A stretch of 64,000 bases of DNA, taken from NCBI GenBank assembly GCA_048213135.1, contig PS015010.1:186001-250000 (forward strand), written 5' to 3'. Of this stretch, positions 61,270-64,000 are shown in pieces. The stretch comes from Reclinomonas americana ATCC 50394 (lineage: Eukaryota). Both the position numbers and the translations under genes were made by a program. Under the pieces are notes generated by a model, which was given only the letters and a program-made list of their open reading frames with translations, was not told the origin of the DNA and did not search any database. Numbering within the stretch: the stretch's first letter is position 1; the number at the start of each line of letters is the position of its first letter.

Positions 61270-61788
61270 ATGTCAAACGTAATTTTAAACAGAGTAAAAG
61301 CCGGCGACCTTGAGTTGAAAGATAAAGTTGTTGCCATCAACCGTGTTGTTAAAACTACAAAAGGCGGACGTGCTTTCAGCTTTTCTGCACTGGTGGTTGT
61401 TGGTAACGAAGCAGGTGTTGTAGGTCACGGTCTGGGTAAAGCGAAAGAAGTTCAGGAAGCCATCACCAAAGGTATCGAAGATGCCAAGAAGAACCTGATC
61501 AAAGTTCCGCTGATGCACGGTACTATTCCGCACGACCAGCTTTCTAAAGAAGGCGCTGCCAAAGTATACATCAAACCAGCCGCTCATGGTACTGGTGTGA
61601 TTGCTGGAGGCAGTATGAGGGCTGTACTGGAAGCTGCCGGTATCACCGACGTTCTGGCCAAGAACCTGGGATCTGCCAACCCGCACAACGTGGTAAAAGC
61701 TACTTTCAAAGCTCTTGCCGAATTGCGTGAGCCGATCGCTGTTGCCAAAACACGCAACGTATCGCTGAAGAAAGTTTTTAACGGGTAA
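61270..61788 (+). CDS. rpsE: 30S ribosomal protein S5
   Basis: [24 protein letters not shown]. Confidence 0.99.
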   Translation: MSNVILNRVKAGDLELKDKVVAINRVVKTTKGGRAFSFSALVVVGNEAGVVGHGLGKAKEVQEAITKGIEDAKKNLIKVPLMHGTIPHDQLSKEGAAKVYIKPAAHGTGVIAGGSMRAVLEAAGITDVLAKNLGSANPHNVVKATFKALAELREPIAVAKTRNVSLKKVFNG

Positions 61789-61864
61789 AAAGCAGCAGGT
61801 AGTAAGTATCAAGTAGCAAGAAGTGCAATTGCCTGTCTTTATACCTGATACATAATACTTGATT
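61789..61864. repeat. Inverted pair of heptamer arrays between rpsE and rpmD
   Basis: aaagcag caggtag taagtat caagtag caagaag ... ctttata cctgata cataata cttgatt. Confidence 0.72.
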
Positions 61865-61879
61865 CTAAAAATAAAAGAA

Positions 61880-62059
61880 ATGAAAAAGATAAAAGTAACA
61901 CAAGTTAAAAGCGTGATTGACCGTTCTGAACGTCAGAAAAGGACGATGGTTGCTCTCGGCCTCAGGAAGCTGAACGCTTCTGTGGAAGTGGAAGCCACCC
62001 CGCAGATCGAAGGCATGGTGAAAAAAGTAGCGCACCTGGTAAAGGTGGAACAGATCTAA
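61880..62059 (+). CDS. rpmD: 50S ribosomal protein L30
   Basis: IKVTQVKSVI, ALGLRK, GMVKKVAHLV; ATG 61880. Confidence 0.97.
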   Translation: MKKIKVTQVKSVIDRSERQKRTMVALGLRKLNASVEVEATPQIEGMVKKVAHLVKVEQI

Positions 62060-62152
62060 GCTGCATACCCGTTCCTTTCCCATTATTCAATACATCATTT
62101 TCCATAACAAGCGAGCCCCGAGTACTCGGGGCGTAAGTTTAAAATAAGTACA

Positions 62153-62602
62153 ATGCAATTACACACCCTCAAGCCTGCGAAAGGCGCAACACACAAAGAA
62201 AAAAGGATTGGCCGCGGTGAAGCCAGCGGTAAAGGCGGAACATCTACGAAAGGTAACAAGGGCGGTCAAAGCCGTGCCGGTTACAAGAGCAAGAAAGCCC
62301 ATGAAGGCGGACAGATGCCTATCCAGCGCCGTATCCCTAAACGCGGTTTCAAGAACATCAACCGTGTGGAATACAAAGTGTTCAACCTGGGCCAGATCGA
62401 CCAACTGGCAGAAAAATACAGCATTACCGAATTCAGCCTGCAGAACCTGTACATCAATGGTCTGATCAGCCAGTTCGACAACGTAAAAGTACTCGGCAAC
62501 GGCGAACTGAAAGGTAAATACAGTTTCAAAGTGAACGCGGTGAGTGAAAAAGCCAAAGCAGCTATCGAAGCTGCGGGTGGTTCTGTAGAGATAGTGAAAT
62601 AA
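62153..62602 (+). CDS. rplO: 50S ribosomal protein L15
   Basis: KRIGRG, EGGQMPIQRRIPKRGF, VKVLGNGEL, IEAAGG. Confidence 0.99.
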   Translation: MQLHTLKPAKGATHKEKRIGRGEASGKGGTSTKGNKGGQSRAGYKSKKAHEGGQMPIQRRIPKRGFKNINRVEYKVFNLGQIDQLAEKYSITEFSLQNLYINGLISQFDNVKVLGNGELKGKYSFKVNAVSEKAKAAIEAAGGSVEIVK

Positions 62603-62683
62603 TTTCCCGATATTTGCCCGACCCACGCTCACCAGCGGGGTCATTTTTAATTCAGCGCAAAACACTTAAATCGTTTTAATTCA

Positions 62684-64000
62684 GTGAAGAAGTTTATTCA
62701 AACACTAAAGAATATCTGGAGTATTGATGAACTGCGTAATAAAATAACTTACACCTTATTACTCATTTTCATTTACACCATAGGAACGCATATCGTATTA
62801 CCCGGTATCGATCCTAACCAACTGGCCGCCCTCAGCCAGAACCAGTCCCAAAACGGACTGCTGGGCCTTCTCAATACATTCGTAGGCGGCTCTTTCAACA
62901 GGGCGTCTATTTTTGCGTTGGGCATCATGCCTTATATCTCCGCCTCTATCTTTATGCAGCTCGTAACCATCCTGGTACCCCAGATGGCCAAGATCCAGAA
63001 AGAAGGTGAAAGCGGAAGGAAAAAAATCAACCAGTGGACACGTTACCTCACCGTTATCGTAACCGCTTTCCAGGCTGCCGCTTATATCGGCTTCCTGAAT
63101 ACTTCTTATGGCAGTGCGCTTGTTCCTGCATTTAAAGGTTATTTCTGGTTATCAACCGTAATCATCCTTACTGTAGGTACACTGTTCGTAATGTGGCTGG
63201 GCGAAAAGATCACCGACAAAGGTTTGGGTAATGGTACTTCCATCATCATCATGGTGGGTATCCTCGGCCGTTTACCGCAATCCTTCATGCAGGAATGGGC
63301 TGCCCGTTCAACAGGCGGCGCCCGTGGTATCCTGATCATGCTGGTGGAAGTGAGCCTGCTCATCGCGGTAATCATGGGTGTGATCATGCTGGTACAGGGC
63401 ACCCGCAAAGTACCGGTTAACTACGCCAAACAAATCGTAGGCAACCGCCAGCTGAGCGGTGCCAGGAACTTCCTGCCCCTGAAAGTGAATGCATCCGGTG
63501 TAATGCCGATCATCTTCGCCCAGGCTATCCTGTTCCTGCCAACCGTATTCTCTAACTTTAAAGGCGAAGGATGGGCACGTTACTTCACCGACCATACCAA
63601 CCTGGTATATATGGCGGTGTATTCTGTTTGCGTAATCGCTTTCACCTTCCTGTATACCGCTCTTATCTTCAACCCGAAACAGATGGCGGATGAACTGAAA
63701 CGTAACAACGGTTTCATACCCGGTGTTAAACCCGGTCAGCCAACTGCGGATTATATCGGTACCATCATGGACAGGATCACTTTACCCGGCGCCGTATTGC
63801 TGGCACTGGTGGGTATCCTCCCCGGTATCTTCCAGTTGATCTTCGGTATGTCACAGGGCTTCTCTACTTTCTTTGGTGGTACTTCACTGCTGATCATGAT
63901 CGCGGTTATCCTCGATACCCTGCAGCAGATCGAAACCCAGCTGCTGATGCGCCAGTACGACGGCCTCATGAGCAGCGGAAGGATCCAGGGAAGGCAAACC
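62684..64000 (+). CDS. secY: Preprotein translocase subunit SecY (3' end outside window; missing from the ORF track)
   Basis: GTG start MKKFIQTLKNIWSIDELR; SIFALGIMPYISASI, WLGEKITDKGLGNG, GVMPIIFA, FIPGVKPG, GGTSLLI. Confidence 0.98.
   Translation, partial: MKKFIQTLKNIWSIDELRNKITYTLLLIFIYTIGTHIVLPGIDPNQLAALSQNQSQNGLLGLLNTFVGGSFNRASIFALGIMPYISASIFMQLVTILVPQMAKIQKEGESGRKKINQWTRYLTVIVTAFQAAAYIGFLNTSYGSALVPAFKGYFWLSTVIILTVGTLFVMWLGEKITDKGLGNGTSIIIMVGILGRLPQSFMQEWAARSTGGARGILIMLVEVSLLIAVIMGVIMLVQGTRKVPVNYAKQIVGNRQLSGARNFLPLKVNASGVMPIIFAQAILFLPTVFSNFKGEGWARYFTDHTNLVYMAVYSVCVIAFTFLYTALIFNPKQMADELKRNNGFIPGVKPGQPTADYIGTIMDRITLPGAVLLALVGILPGIFQLIFGMSQGFSTFFGGTSLLIMIAVILDTLQQIETQLLMRQYDGLMSSGRIQGRQT

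Noticed and set aside
1-64000. Prophage, IS, integron, defence island, DGR/retron or biosynthetic gene cluster
   Set aside because: No integrase, transposase, reverse transcriptase, defence nuclease, phage or NRPS/PKS/RiPP genes were recognised; nearly all ORFs are core functions.

Overview
A core-genome region of a Bacteroidota bacterium, most likely Chitinophagaceae. The assignment rests on TTTG-N19-TAnnTTTG promoters, A-rich start contexts without Shine-Dalgarno sequences, T9SS cargo proteins and the bamD-rpoZ-coaBC-DUF4835 gene order. The window holds about 40 housekeeping and envelope genes (htpG, recJ, bamD, rpoZ, coaBC, scoAB, pckA, pepP, pssA, purS, rsmI, rsmG, tgt, rpsA, guaA), three T9SS-secreted proteins, and the S10-spc ribosomal protein cluster from rpsJ to a truncated secY. 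I found no prophage, integrase, transposase, CRISPR array, tRNA or rRNA. The most interesting signals are non-coding. (1) A candidate ~120-nt minus-strand small RNA with its own strand-specific terminator lies between rsmI and an M1 peptidase. (2) Two related REP-like hairpin families (7 copies) share a GCCGTT-like 5' foot and show compensatory or G-U changes on one strand. (3) Many intergenic spacers, including five inside the ribosomal operon, are filled by 7-, 8- or 9-nt tandem arrays in inverted pairs; one pair has a perfect 24-bp inverted repeat. (4) A LacI-type operator candidate overlaps the likely pckA transcription start. Two genes are split by single-base indels in poly-A runs, most likely sequencing errors. 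All calls come from reading the sequence by eye; no searches were run.
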